A DNA stretch of 64,000 nucleotides from Moniliella sp. 'wahieum' (GCA_003971905.1 RSEE01000045.1:434001-498000); one strand, 5' to 3'. Positions 26,375-39,689 are shown, numbered from the stretch's first letter. Numbers and translations: made by a program. The notes: generated from the letters alone by a model not told the origin.

Positions 26375-26551
26375 GGAGGAGATGGGCTGAAAGCGGAGGG
26401 GGAAGGGGTTGCTGATTGGGCGAACGGGCGGCGATGATGGTCGTTGTGGAGGCGACGGGAAGGTTGCTTGGCCTGGTGCGCACCCTCAGGCCTGACCTCA
26501 TATAGGCCCTGGCGCAGGGCGCCGCGCTGTCTGATCCGTGCACTGCGCCGG

Positions 26552-26611
26552 TGTGGCATGTGGCATGTGGATGCGATGCATGATGCGCGATGCATGATGC
26601 GCGATGCATGA
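26552..26611. repeat. 7/14-bp tandem repeats upstream of GAL1
   Basis: (TGTGGCA) about x3, then (GCGATGCATGATGC) about x2.8 at 26573-26611. Confidence 0.8.
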
Positions 26612-27184
26612 ATGCACCGCGCGGGCAGTAGAGGGCAGTGCCACGCTGCTCTGGCCGGTGCAACATGCGGCGGTGCCTGAATCAGAGACACCCCGCCCCC
26701 GCCCCCACGGCGGCTGCGGGAAAAACAGATCAGCATCCGCATCCCAGCACCGGTCGTCAGCTGACCCCTCGAGGGCTGCGGGCCAGTCGATCACAAAGAC
26801 GAGAGCAGACCACAGACTGCCAGGCCTGCCTCGGGTCTCACCCGGTCACCGCCTCACCCCACATTCTCATGGCCTAGATCCATCTGCAGCCACCCACACT
26901 GCCATCCATCCAGAGATGTGTTGCTCGGCGGAAACTTACTTATTGAGTGAGACTGTGTTCCTCTCCCTTCTCTACTTAGGAGCTTCAACATGCGCAGTCA
27001 TCGTTTACGCGTCCCAGGCTCATAGTCCAAGTCATGCAGACAGTTCGATTTCTACCACCAAGGCTGGGTAATGGATGTTAGGCCACTGGTGGGGTGAACG
27101 TATTTTTGGAGGCTATGGATGCGTACCGGCAGGTGACACACGAGAGGCGACCGCAACCCAATGGAATGCTGAGAGAAAAAAGTG

Positions 27185-27385
27185 TTGGGCCACCGGGGGT
27201 GGCTCGTGCGTTGGATTCCTTCTTTCTCGCGTCTGTCTTTCATGTTCCGAAGCCAGACATGATGGCGACTGGTTGCTTGATGGGCTTCTGTACTAGGTGT
27301 TGCTGCTTGGCTTATAGACCACAGCCACCACCACCACTAAGAGTGCGATTGCTTCACACCCTCTCGAGGACCATCAGGACTCTTC
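27185..27385 (+). repeat. Dispersed repeat family A, copy 2
   Basis: GCCACCGGGGGTGGCTCGTGCG...TGGCGACTGGTTGCTTGATG...AGACCAC...AGTGCGATTG...GGACCATCAGGAC. Confidence 0.7.
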
Positions 27386-27636
27386 CATATGTTCATCGGA
27401 AGAAGGGTTCACAGACGAGACAGAATGCGACTAGAAAAAGACCAAGTACCTGGAAAGTGTCACGGGGCGACGTCTGAACCACCTTGCACACCCGCCTCCA
27501 CTTCCTTATCGTCGCTATCGCTTCTCGGCTTCTTTCCCTATCTCGTCTATCTCGACTCGTTTTCTCTGTCTCTTTCGCTATTGACTCGGATCGTCTTCCT
27601 ATCAACAAAACCCACAACTATCTTGGTTTCTCCGCT

Positions 27637-28015
27637 CGCGCTCGTCTAAAATCCAAAACACAACACATGGTTTCTCGACTCGGTTTCTCGCCTCGTTTTC
27701 GTCTCGGGTCCATTTTGCCCTTGACCCTCGTCTCGTCTCTCGCCTCGTCCCTCTCGCGCTTGGTCCGCTTTCCTTCCCTTTGACTCGTTTCCCCTTTACT
27801 CTGTAGACCTCTTGGTCTTGCCTTGTTCCCTTTCTCTTCTATAAAACTGCCTGTTCTTAGATCCAATGATGATGGCCCAAGCCGCCGACCATTCTTTCCC
27901 CTTCACCCTTCTTCTAGGCTCCACTTCTAGAAGGAACACCTCTCGCTCAGCTCGCTCGCCTCCCTCGCCCATCGGAGCACACCGCTTTCGCGTCAGCCCT
28001 ACACACGCAACCTCT
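27637..28015 (+). repeat. Dispersed repeat family B, copy 1 (LTR/TE remnant-like)
   Basis: Aligns by eye with 42008-42380. Shared blocks: AAAATCCAAAA, TTTGCCCTTGA, TTGACTCGTTTCCCCTTT, CTGTAGACCT, TTCTCTTCTATAAAAC, AAGCCGCC, CTTCTTCTAGG, TCAGCTCGCT, ATCGGAGC. Confidence 0.8.
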
Positions 28016-29489
28016 GCTCGCAGACCGCTGCACCTCGCAACCTCTGCTTGCAGACCGGCTCAGGCTCTGCTCGACGCACCGCAAAGCACCACTCACGACC
28101 CTCCTTCGTTCACGCCAGTGAGGCCTTGGACTTTGGATCTGAAACGCGTTCAGTCCTCCGTGAGTACCGTCTCCGTTGGGCAGGGAAGGTCTCCGCCTGG
28201 GAAGCCAGCCACCCCGTCACAGAACGCTCCCAAGAGCCAGTTTCCCCCTGTTCATGAAGACTCGCGAGTATTGTGCCGCCATGGCGGCCACCAAGATGTC
28301 TAAGAATTGCAAAAGCCTTACTGAGGAGTCATGTTGAAGAGGGTTCTAATCCCTCGCATGTCTCTACCATACTCTTTCGTTTCCAGAAACTTGCTACATC
28401 CAGTTAGAAGCGAATGGCGCGGGGGAAGAGCCACAACCTCCCGACCTGCTGGCGACTCCACTTACTTCCTAATTGTTGCGTTAGTAGAGCAAACAGCTCT
28501 GTTAGGCCGGTGAGCGAGCCTGATCGGCGCAGCATTTCTAGTCTGTCCACCTGCCTTAAGTTCTGTAAATGATATGACTGCAATAGTAGTAGGAGGGAAA
28601 AGAAACAAATGAAGTGACTGTAAAGAGTCTCGCTGGAGATAGTTCGTAGATGGTTCGTACATCGTTCGGCTTTCATTCATTGCTTTCGTGTTATTTTGAG
28701 TGCGGGATCCAGAGGGTGCTCGACCTATACACAGTTTTTGCCATCCCTGCAGGCGGATGAGTGTAATGCGCGTTTGGCGTAACCAACCTATATACATACC
28801 AAGTAACTTTGGTTTTCGTCGAGGGCAATATAAAGTCGGAGAGTTTTATTACCACCATCATACTAAGGTACCTCTTCTTCATCTTGTTAACTGTCTCCGC
28901 GGAAGGGTGTTGGTTGAGAGCGATGGTGTAATAAACGAGAAGAAATTGTGGCATGAGTCCCTCGACATCGAAGAGGTATTATCAACCAGCCGCGGCCTTC
29001 CAATCAGTCCCCCTGAACGTCACCAGGAGAATGCAAGTCTGCTCACTTGCCGACGTTGCTTTGCCAGAAAACATCAGATATTGGGGTCGTTACGAGTCTT
29101 GCGGCCCTCACTATAGTACTCTTACTGTCCAAAGAGGACACACTAAGGGCCACATGCGCCTCAAGTGAGGATGTTGCGCACCTGAGGCGGTCGAGTCTCC
29201 AGTATTGTAAGGATTAGGAAACATGCAATGCCGCACCCCTTTTGACGGGAAATCGCCTAGACCGCTCAGGCCACAGTAACCCCACCCTCCACTCCATATT
29301 CGTTACCTCTGCCACTGGCTTGATCTGATCTGCCGCGGTTAATCTGCCGTCATGACTTCTTGTATTCTTCTCCCTCTTGTTGTTCGCTGCATGCAGACGA
29401 TGTGACTCGTGTGGCTCCCATATATCGGTCTTGTTAATCATCATAGAGAGGTCCACCATAACACAACTTGAGTTGCACGGATGATGCTT

Positions 29490-29974
29490 ATGGCTCCTCG
29501 GCTCTGGGACAGTATGCAACTAACAGAGAATCCTTAGTGTGCTAGTTCCATCAAGGGAAGGGCGACTTACTTGAGAAGTCCGTGAATGTCCTTGATGATG
29601 CTCTTCAGATCCGCCTGAACGAGGCGATGCTGCTTAAGAGTCGATAGCCCTTGGAAGTGTTTGGACTTGATGACAATCGTGTAGAATGCCCCACAGCCTC
29701 CTGACACATCGGTAACACTCACCATCGAGGGTGAAAATTTGGCCTCCAAAATGGAGATAATTTGCTTCTCCCCCTGCGTCTGCTCCCCTCAGCCGGTGCA
29801 GCAGGCGACGATTCAACCTCAACCCCAATAGGTTCAGCGCGGCGAATGGAGGAGACGCTGAGTGGCCTTGCACCATGGGACGAGGATTCAGCCTGCAGCT
29901 GAGCCCAGCACAAAACGTGACCGAATCGCACTGCGCGTAGCCCTGACAAGCGGTACAGAAAGGCGCAGCGACAT
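29490..29974 (-). CDS. BOL3: Mitochondrial BolA-family protein (BolA3/Aim1-like)
   Basis: Arg-rich presequence MSLRLSVPLVRATRSAIRSR, core DVSGGCGAFYTIVIKSKHFQGLSTLKQHRLVQADLKSIIKDIHGL, intron 29570-29520 (GTAAGT..TAG). 3' end approximate. Confidence 0.88.
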
Positions 29975-30355
29975 ACCGAACCAGAACGGGTTGAGGTGGT
30001 GGCAATATTCGTCCTGGGACCCGCTAATGTCCGCAGCGAGAAGGTGGCGCTTGGGTAAGTGGATCATCGATGTCATTTGCCGTGACAAAATGCAATGTTG
30101 AAACCCCGGGAGGTTTACTTATCTGCATGGATGAATCCGTAGCATCCTGTAAGTACTTCGTCCTTTACATCGGCTCTCCAACCTGTGCACCCACACTGCT
30201 TTTCACAGTAGCAGGCCTCCCTTGAGCTCGATAACATCTATAAGGAGGTATTTCATCGAATGTTACAGCAGTCCAAAAGACAATTCATCCAATGTCTGGA
30301 AAGGAGGAAAGACCCCTCCATCTCTAATACCACGTACGGAATGTTCAACAGGGTG

Positions 30356-33230
30356 TTACAAGTCCTCGTGGGCCACCGACGTGGGCGTCTCGACCACATC
30401 CGAGCTGACCGTAGCCGACACAGGGGGAGTAGATGAGATAGAGGCCGCGAGCGGTTGCTCCGTAAGAATTTCCACCACCTCAGGCACCTCCGAGGCGGCC
30501 TTTGTGGCAGAAGCACCGGGGGGCGGAAGCTCCTCCGTAGCCTCAGCCGGCGCAGGCTCAGTCGGCTTGGTCGGCGTTAGATCCTCCGAGCTTGCCTCCT
30601 CCGAGGTCACGGCCGGAACCACCTCCGGTTCAGGAGTAGTCACAGGAACAATAGGGATACTCTTCTCTGCTGCGACCGCAGATGCCGATGCCACCGATGC
30701 CGTTGCGGCCTGTGCAGCGAATGACGCACTTAGTGCGGCTTCTTCCGTCCCCACAGGCTGGACAACACTTGTCGTGCCCACATGGAATTGTGGCTCTTCC
30801 GCAGCTGAGGCAGGTGTCGGCGCTTCAGCGAAGAGAGTCTTAGTGCCGAGCTCTTCCCCAGCCGTCGGCTCGGTCTCCAGGTGAGAGGTCAATCTGCTCC
30901 GCTTGGTGCTCCTTCACTTCACTTTCCACCTCTTCTGCTGCGTCGATGCGGGTAGTGGTGTCAATCTCAGGAGGTGGACCAACGTATAGGTCCTCATCCG
31001 AGTTTTCGGGAACAATCTCCTCCCATCCCAGACTCTCACGAGCTTTAGAAGCCGCATCAAGAAGAGCACGAGGAATCTGGGTCTGTATGTCCTTGGCCGC
31101 ATCTGCGATTCGTTTAAGGGCGTCGAGAGCGAGGACGTGTCGCTTTAACCCCTCTTCGGGAGAAACGACGACTCTTTCGGTTGACGGCGCAGCTCCTCAA
31201 TGCCCACGGCGCCGTACCGGCGGATTGCTTCTGCTGCAGCCGAGTAAAGAAGGCCAGTCCGCTGTTGTAGGTCTGCTACATGCATCACCACATCCGGAGC
31301 AGCCTTGTTGGGGTCCACAACATCCAAGTCAGCCTTGACAGGCTTACCACGGTAGAGGACATCCTCAATTTCGGCGCGATAGAGTTTGGCGCGCATTTGC
31401 ATGTTCAAGTCCCAGCGACCAAAGCGGGTAACCGTCTCGCTATACTTGGCCTGGGACATGAGCCGTTGCTGGAATGATGTTGCAGCATCGACAAATTGCA
31501 GGACATCATCAGCCGACTTGATTGTCGACGCCTTCTCGCCGCCTCGTCAAGTTCGGTGATCACGGACTGGAGCTCCTTGCGCAGCTGCGCACCCTCGGCC
31601 AAGAGCTTGTTTTGCTCGCGCTTAAGCCCTTGCTTGGCAATCTCCACCCTTTCCTCGACCGGACGCGGGTCTTTGGCCGAAGACAAGGCCTCAAACCGCC
31701 GCTCCAAGCGGGCAATTGCTGCACCAGCCTCGCTGTCCACAAAGTCGGCCGTAAGTGTGGCGAAACGAACAGGCAAGTCAGCAATGGTACTGTCTCGCAG
31801 ATTCACAATCCGGTCGGTCCAAGTCTTGTACGACTTGCGAATGTGCTCTGTCAGCCCCACCTCCCACAAGTTAAGACGGTCATAGGTTGTTGCCTCCTCC
31901 TCCTTACGAAGCTCCTCCTTGCGTGCCATCTCTTCTGCTTGCTCGCCCAGAATTTGAGCACGGATCTTGGCAGTCAACGATTCCAGGAACGCGGGGTCGG
32001 GCTCTTGACTCCGGGGTTGCGCCCATGTCGCAGCCTTTTCTGAGACTTGACTGTACCATCCAGAAATGAGGAGGCCGAGAGATTGCAAGCGGGTCGAGGC
32101 AATGGCCTCACGAGTGCGTAGTGCTGATTGACTCTCCCAGAGTTTCGTCCCAAGCGAACGTAGGTGGGGCAGGACATAGGTGGCGTACGTGCGAGCAATT
32201 GTGGGAAACAGACGGTGGACCAATAGCGAGTAAGTGGTTCGGGCCGCCCGCGCCAGATGTGGATGGGCATGAACCATATACGCCTTCCACCCCGCACGAG
32301 CACTCGCATCCACGTGGGAATGTACAGCAGCCACATAGTGGTGCACGTCACGCCAGTACATGTCGTTTGTATCCCAACTCAGTTTTGAGGTTACTTAGGT
32401 GCGGATCGATGGCAGCATGGAACCTAGAAGCATAAGGAGCAGCCCAAGACGAGGCTGCATTGCTAAGGTGTGCTTGAACGGGCGCCACATGGGCACGGTA
32501 GAGCCCACTGCCAGTATGGCGGATCGCCTTGGCCGCTGGAGCAGTGACACGGTATCCGGCCTGGGCAAAAGGCGTAACTGCAGCCCATATGGCGCTGCTC
32601 GTTCATCCAGCGCTTGGGCATAGGGGCCCAAATGTGGACCAAGCACCTCGCTCGTCGAAGCAAGGGTGCGGCAGAGTCCGCGAGGGTCGGCAGCATTGTA
32701 CGTGAATGAAAAGGGGTAGCGGGGCAGGTCCACAGGGACATGTAGAGGGTGTACAGGATGCCCAAGCGCAAGAGGTGGCGTATCAGACTCCTCCCGGCCC
32801 GACGCTGAGGCAGAGGTTCATATCGCGCCTGGGGCTTGGAGGCGGATGACTTGGGGGAGCGGCAGGAGGACGGAGCGCAGTGGCGGCCTGGCGATCCGCA
32901 TCTGCGGCGGGGGGGGAGTGGCGATGGCGCGGAGGATGCGACATGGCGTCGGGAACCGCAACCGGGTGAAGCGGCGGTGGTGGTCAAGCGCTCGTGCGCG
33001 CTCGCAAGTGGCTGCTGGCCGGAGACTGTCGAGTGCGAACCACTGGCGACGGTCACCGTTCATCACACTGGCCCTGCGCCTGGCTACGTCATGGGCCAGC
33101 AGCCACGTGGAAGGAACTGGGGTGATCATGTGATAGGGTTGCACTTCGGTTGCTTCTCTTCCGACTACGACTGGGGCAGAGGCGCTGGCTGATGGCTGCA
33201 GTAGGTGATTGGCACCAGCGGCACAGACCA
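30356..33230 (-). CDS. Large ER-type membrane protein with an N-terminal TM, coiled-coil middle and acidic tail ending HEDL (possibly She10-like)
   Basis: LLRLGILYTLYMSLWTCP..DPRGLC, helical ORF 31405-32361, RFGRWDL..RAKLYRAEIEDVL, final ORF ending SVAHEDL*. Start uncertain; family assignment tentative. Confidence 0.65.
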
Positions 33231-34783
33231 CCGCACGGTCCCGTCCTCATCGAATACTTCTGGCTAGTACCGATGTGGATGATCGATAAATATTGATGAG
33301 GCTGGGCCGATCTGCCAGCCCGCAGGGGAAACAAAATCTCCGTCTACAACACTTGCCGTCAAATGCCTAGCAGCCGTCAGTGTCACTTTCGCCTGCTTCA
33401 ATGGCAACGCTCGTGCTCAGCCTTTTGCGGACTTGACTTTTGAAGCCCGAGGTCTACAGATTTGCGGCCGACAAAAAAAAGGTCCACGGCTTTTTAAGTG
33501 ACGAAGGCTGCTTGCTTGCAACGCCAGAGGAGGCGTGTGGTTCCTTTTGCGTTGCCATTGCTGCTCAAGGCTTCCGTATTGAGTGAACTAAACAGAGTAC
33601 CCTGCTCATTGACGGTCGAATGTGAGCAGCGTGTATAGTCAAGGATGCACGCGACATGGTGCTTGCGCCTGGCCAACATGATAGCTTGAGCGCGATCAAC
33701 GTCGCTCTCGGAACGCATGTTTATTGCCCAGGTTAGTGCGCCCCTTGCACCTCACTGTGATTAGGCTCTCGTCTCATATAAAGGCTGGCGAGTGTATCGC
33801 CACCACCTTCCTCGTCCAGATTCTGCACTTCCTTTTTTGGCATGAGGTTTAACACTGCAATCCTACTTTCATGAAGGGAATTAAGATCACAGCGTGGTCG
33901 GTGTCACTGGGCGCCGACGACTGAGAGAACAATCGTTAGCCTCTTTCCCCCCTACCAAGCGCCCACGGGCCCACAGTCATATGTGCAAACCCCGCAGGGC
34001 AAAGGCAACCATTCTATATGATGTTGTGCTTCGTTACATTGGTCTCTTTTAGGAGTGATGGCTGCGGTGCGCAATGTTGGGAAGAGAGACCACAGCCTCT
34101 CGAGAAGGGAAGCTCTAGCCGACGGGCAACGCAACGAGCGGGTGGGGAGTTGGCTAGCGACGCTGCGCACATGGGCTCATACTTTCCGGGGAATATTAGG
34201 TGAATGGAGAGGATATGTTTCTAAAGTGAGGTGTAGAAGTAGCCGCTATGCGAGAGTCATGCGAAAAGGGTCGAGTCTTACATAGCCGAGGTACCGTCCG
34301 GGCGGTAAGAGAGGTATATATGTTGGTGCTGTCTCAACCATCGGGGAAGGAGGGTGTGATAGAGTCCTCTTCACCCCATCTGCACCCACTAGTCACTGTA
34401 GCTGCCTCTCCATCGCAATATCCAGATCCAATATAGGGGAGGCATTTCAAACAGTGAGCGTCAGGTCATACGGTGTATGTTGATATGCGGGCAACTAACC
34501 TCTCTCTACTCTCCGAGTTTTTTTGTTGTCCCCAACTCTGAACGCACTACATCTAGTCTTTAACATAGAGACGCAAACACTTATAAGCCAGTCATGCGGG
34601 TCATGGAGACCGCTGGTAGTAACCAAAGAGCACTCAGCCACAGGATAAATAATACAGAACAAAAATGCGTATGGATAGTAGGTGGGTATACCTCCGTAAT
34701 CAGGGCGATCAGCTCGTACCGCCATCACATAAGAAGCCAAGACTCAAAAGCCCACCCTTGCCTCCTCATCGCCTGCCTTCTCC

Positions 34784-35998
34784 TCAGGCATCAGATGCCG
34801 CTGTGAAGCAGCTGAACGTTCGTCCATGTGCATGACTTGGGTCTCGACCGTAAATGGGACAACGCCCATGTTGTGTCTGTGGGAGGGGTTGGACGGAAAT
34901 GGGTAATGGAACTGTTCTCACAACCCTTGATCCCCGAAGTATTTTCCAACTCAACTTGATCAGCGATGACGTGGGTGCTATATCCACCTGGATCGCCGAC
35001 AGGCCTTCCTTCGCTCTCCCACTGCCCGAGTTCGAAAAAGAGGATAGGACACCTTTCAAGTCCATGTTTCCTCCCAGCTTCAGCAGCACGAGACGGTACG
35101 CACAAATTGAGGTGCAGGCGTTGGCTAGGGAGCCGTTGATGTCGGAATAAAGCCAGTTTTTGCTAAAGAAGAGCGCATTCAGCAAATTGACGCCCAGGGC
35201 ACAGCAAAAGTAAATCAATCCGTCAGCCATGAGACGTTGCTGGACCACCTTGGTGAGCATTGTTCGTTTGCTCAGCTTGAAGTTCCAATGGGCATCCAAA
35301 AAGAATGACCCAAAGGCGAGCAATGTAATGATCGTATCGTAGACGATGTTGGTGACATAGTAGACCCAGGGAACCTCATGACCGGGCATAGCGAACACAC
35401 ACACACCATGTTAAGAGCATGAGGACGAAACCAGTTATTAAGGGCCATATTGACCGAGAGTTGGGCAGACCACAGGATAGCGACGATGACCATGATGTAT
35501 CGGTTTCGGCGCCACATTGCCCAGGTGCGCACGGAAAAAATGAAGGATGCGGAAGAAGTAATTACGCTACCAAGAAAGATGGAAGCACGACCCACATTGT
35601 AACACTCTTTGGTCGTCCAGGACTTACTCCGGACAACATGGATGTAGAGTCCCAAGCAAATTGGGGCAGTGTAACGTGCGACAATAAAGGCTGGCGTGAC
35701 GAGCCATTTGAATCCCCGTTTGTAGTACATTTGCAGTTCAGCAGGAAATGTAAGTAGGATGCTGCCATGAGGATACCAGTTAGCGCGGGTTGGGCACAAG
35801 AGAGATGAGCCGAGAGGAGTGAGCGAGGGGAGATAGAGAAGCAAATACGTACTCCCACAGCAGGAAAGCTAGGGCAGCCGAGATGTACATCCCTCGCACC
35901 AGGTCCTGCTCCAAAATGGCAGTGGGGATAAGAGGGGGCAGCTGTACCCTTACTCCGGGTGGGGCAGGCAGCAGCAATTGGGATGCGTTGTCCGCCAT
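34784..35998 (-). CDS. DUF6533-type multi-pass membrane protein
   Basis: Splicing intron about 35852-35762 gives ALAFLLWDILLTFPAELQMYY, then FIVARY, VRTWAMW, YDTIITLL, LMADGLIYF and ICAYRLVL, the typical pattern of this basidiomycete family. Confidence 0.78.
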
Positions 35999-36199
35999 GG
36001 TTGGAGGTGATGCAGGTGGTTGGAGGTGATGAAGAGAGCGAGAGCGGGAGGTGGGGATGCTGGTGCTGAGGGTTGGAAAGAGACTAAGAGCCTTGTGAAG
36101 CTATAAGGCCCAAAGGCCCAAAAGAAACGCATCGTAACGCTAACGCGAATTCTCCTCATACAGGAAACATATGTGCAGGCACAATAGAGACAATAGAGG

Positions 36200-36710
36200 C
36201 GAAATCTCGTTGAAATCGTTGATCAGTATCAGTACACCAGTACACAGCAGTAAAACGTAAAGACAGTAATCGAGTAATCGAGCTAATCCTCAACAGTTTC
36301 TCGGTTCTCAGTCAGGCTCAGCGCGCGCTCAGCCAGCCACGGAACGTGGAACGTTCAGCACGTTCAGCGGATATGTCACTAGAGCACAGTGCCCTCTCAC
36401 TCGGTACCGGGGTACCAATGAGTAACTCAATACTCAGACATACTCAGCACTCTCAGTACTGAACGTAACTCGGTTCAGACGTTCTGGCCTCAGGGAGTAC
36501 GTCTGCGTACTGAGTCGGAGTCATCAGATCTCAGACCCTGTGCGACTCAATGTTTCAGCGATCTTTCGATCATCGATCCCAACGCCTCAACGATCTCGAC
36601 GTATGCCTATGTATAGTCACCGGTCACCGCACTCACCAACTGAGTGCTCTGATCGGCAGCCTAAGTGCCTGAGCCAAGGCGTGGGTGACCGATGTGACCG
36701 GTGACCGGTT
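36200..36710. repeat. Cluster of [TNA][4-bp palindrome] micro-arrays
   Basis: TCA-gcgc-gcgc-TCA at 36318-36331, tcga-TCA-tcga at 36566-36576, TCA-ccgg-TCA at 36617-36626, TGA-ccgg-TGA-ccgg at 36695-36708. Confidence 0.8.
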
Positions 36711-39689
36711 CAAGTAGAGCCGCTCGTTAGCCGCCCTGATCCATTATACCCATTGGCGCCACACCACCACGCACCATGCATGATTAGTGAGAGACCGAGT
36801 AACGGGGTATTATGCAAGTACCAAGTACTGGATGCTTTCCTGTACTGTCGGGACTGGGTACTGGCGCCCGGACGCAGACTATGCCACCCTTTCCCCACAC
36901 CTGTCACTGCTGGAGCCCATCACTTGATCCGTTTGGATTGAGCCTTGCGCGTGCGATGGACCCATTGGTAGCGGCTCGCGCGATAGGAGTTGGAGATGAT
37001 ATATTGTGAGAGTTATCGGTGACTGGGTGGCTGGGCCCGCGTCCGGCCTTCCGCCATGCTGCGGGAGGGACAGTGGAACGGGTTGTTGGACCCGCGGCGC
37101 CGCCTCTCGGCGCAGCACATGTCCCGCCTAGCCACGTGGCATCGAAGACTGTGATACACTGATGGGCTCTGGGCCACTGGGGCCAAGAGCGCAGCTTCAA
37201 GCTGCTACGCACCAAGCTCTTGCAGCATTTCCAAAAGCGGCTACTCCTACCAATACGTACATTCCATTTTTGCTTCAAGCGTCGCCTGTCACACTAGTCA
37301 CACATTTCACACCACATGGGGCGGAGAGGCTGCTCCACACAGAACCCTATCACCAGATCACTAGCTTTCTCGCACAATGCATAATAACTTCATGCATGTC
37401 TCATGTTTCCCTAGCACTATGAGTCAGGTCCTCACTGGCGTAACTCTGTGGCACTATAGCTTTCCATTAAACTTCTAATTAAAAGCTGCCAATCTCGACC
37501 TTCTTCAAAAGATTCATCGACACACCACACCGAAGTATTTACAGAACGCCTCCATCCCCGCAAAGCCATTTCTTTGCAATCCACAAGCCACATCCTACCA
37601 CACCAGCATTCTCTCTTACATATTAATGCACACAAGCGCTATTTGAAGATGATATTATCGATCGATATCTCGATTATCCTTGCATCATGCATCATGAATC
37701 GAATCAATCACTAATCTCTTCATTGTGCAGGTAAGAATTGGCCGAACGTATACACCTTCTCGGCCCGATTTTTTCGAGTATTTTATATCTTGTCGATATA
37801 TCATGGTTTAAACCAATGGGACGAAGGTGTGCGGACGGGCACGGGCTCCCGGGTGATTCCGCCCGGGTTCCGTTCCTCGTCCGGCGGGTTCCGCTCTTCC
37901 TTCTTGTCATCCATCTGTTTACACTTCTGTCTGTCTGTCTGTCTGCGCTGCACCCGCACAGAATTTACCTTCCTTTCACCACCATCATGCATCATGGCTT
38001 CAAGTTTTTCATCCGTATCCACTTGCGCGGCATCCCCGCTTGGAGACGAATGGCGGCTGCCAGAGGGTCCAAACCAGCATCGCCGGACCTGACCTACCCT
38101 CAGGCCTCAGCCTCACCAGTGAGCTCACTGCTGAGGCTCAGCTGAGCGCGTTGAGCGATCAGTGAGCGAGATGATTCATGATCGGTGATCGATGATACAG
38201 AAGGACCGAGAAATGGCCGAAGTCCAACGATTGCTGCCGTCTTCTACCCACCAAAAAGTGTGCAACCCTACTGCTCCCCGACCTGCACGTGACGGGGGGG
38301 GCTGCGCCAACTATCGGGCATATGACAGAGTCGCGTGGACGCGTCCCTCCACCCACTTAAAATGCCCCCTACCCGTACTCACCGCCGGTGCCCCCATTGC
38401 GGCACCAACGACCACACTGGCACACGGTGCCCCTTCAATCCACTCCCACGTTTGTGCCCCCACGGCCGTCGACCTGGCTACAAGGCTGCCGCGGAGCGGT
38501 GGAGCAAGGAGAGACGTGGAAAGCAATTGGGTCTTTGCGACAAAAATAAGGTGGGGGGGGGAAGGACAAGAAGAGGGGGGGAAGACAAGAAGAGAGGGGG
38601 GACAAAGGGGATTGGTGGAAGGATGGAGTAAGGATGATCGATGGTCCAGAGGTGGCGGGCTCGATCCATGTAACGTGAATTACGACGACCCTGTCGCAGG
38701 CGGGCCCTGCCAGGGGCTCACTCAGGTTGGTGGGGTACAGTCCCTTACGTGAAAGACGGCTCACGGTAGTGTCGAGCTTGGGCTATCCGAGCGAGGAGAG
38801 AAGCCTTTGGGCGTGAAGCCGAGGCGGCTGCACGCGTGGCAAGGCTGCGTATACGCCGGCTGGAGGGTAGTAACGTGCCTGTTGAAGCCTCCGGGGCTGA
38901 GAGACGGGTAGATGCAGTGGAGCGGACAGACACTGCCAGGGCTGAGGCATGATGGCAGTGGTGTCAAAGGAACCCACGCGACATGCTGTGGTATGGAGAA
39001 CCGACGCGGCTGATGGAAGGCTCACGCGACTGGGCCGATGGAAAGTTGAAGGACGAGGTTGGATGATGAAGATGATGCAGCTACTAAGTGGAGACGAGAG
39101 GTTGCCTGTATTACTGAATCATTGGCTGGAAACGTTCAGGAGTTGGACAGGAAAGCGGGAAGGACGAGAACGGAAGGTGGGAAAGGATCCCCACCATCGA
39201 GGATGCTGACTGTTGGTTGGCCCCTTTTTAGTAACCCCCTTCTGTCTAAGCCCCATCGCACTGGGATAGATGTTGACAGAGCGAAGCAGACGAAGCTGCT
39301 ACAGAGTGCGACTTTTGGGAGCACTCGCGATCTATGATGAGCTGCAAAGCAGCCTTCAGACAGGCGTGAAGGCAAAGGGGTGACCACAAGTCTATACAAG
39401 CATCTGAAGGAAAGCAGGCAGAGAGAAGAAGGGAGATGGAGCGAGCAAGGCGTGCGCGGCCTGCGAGCGGAACTCTTTCGACCGGCTAAGCGAGAGCGTC
39501 ACCGATTCACTGAGGGGTGCAGGGGAGGCCTAGCACTACCACCCCAACGAAGCAAGCGGAGGCTGCGAAGGGACTAAGAATATCATCCGATAGCACTTCC
39601 TCGTAGTCCATGGAGAGACTACACCTAGTACAGAAAACTATGCCTCTCGCAGTGAAGCGCATTCTCAGAACACAAACACGCCACAGTCG

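Noticed and set aside
27618..27866. Similar K/R/E-rich ORFs at 27618-27866 and 41992-42237 as a gene family
   Set aside because: The similarity is explained by the DNA repeat with a pyrimidine-rich opposite strand, and indels between copies do not preserve frame.
28460..29170. Short ORFs downstream of repeat B copy 1
   Set aside because: Stop-interrupted with no identifiable motif. May be decayed element sequence but cannot be assigned.
38478..38933. Possible spliced minus-strand ORF (GTAAGG..GGCAG) giving ..REPSFTARLRQGRRNSRYMDRARHLW.., faintly like an arginine-attenuator peptide
   Set aside because: No clear start, similarity limited to HLW, and no carbamoyl-phosphate synthase gene downstream.
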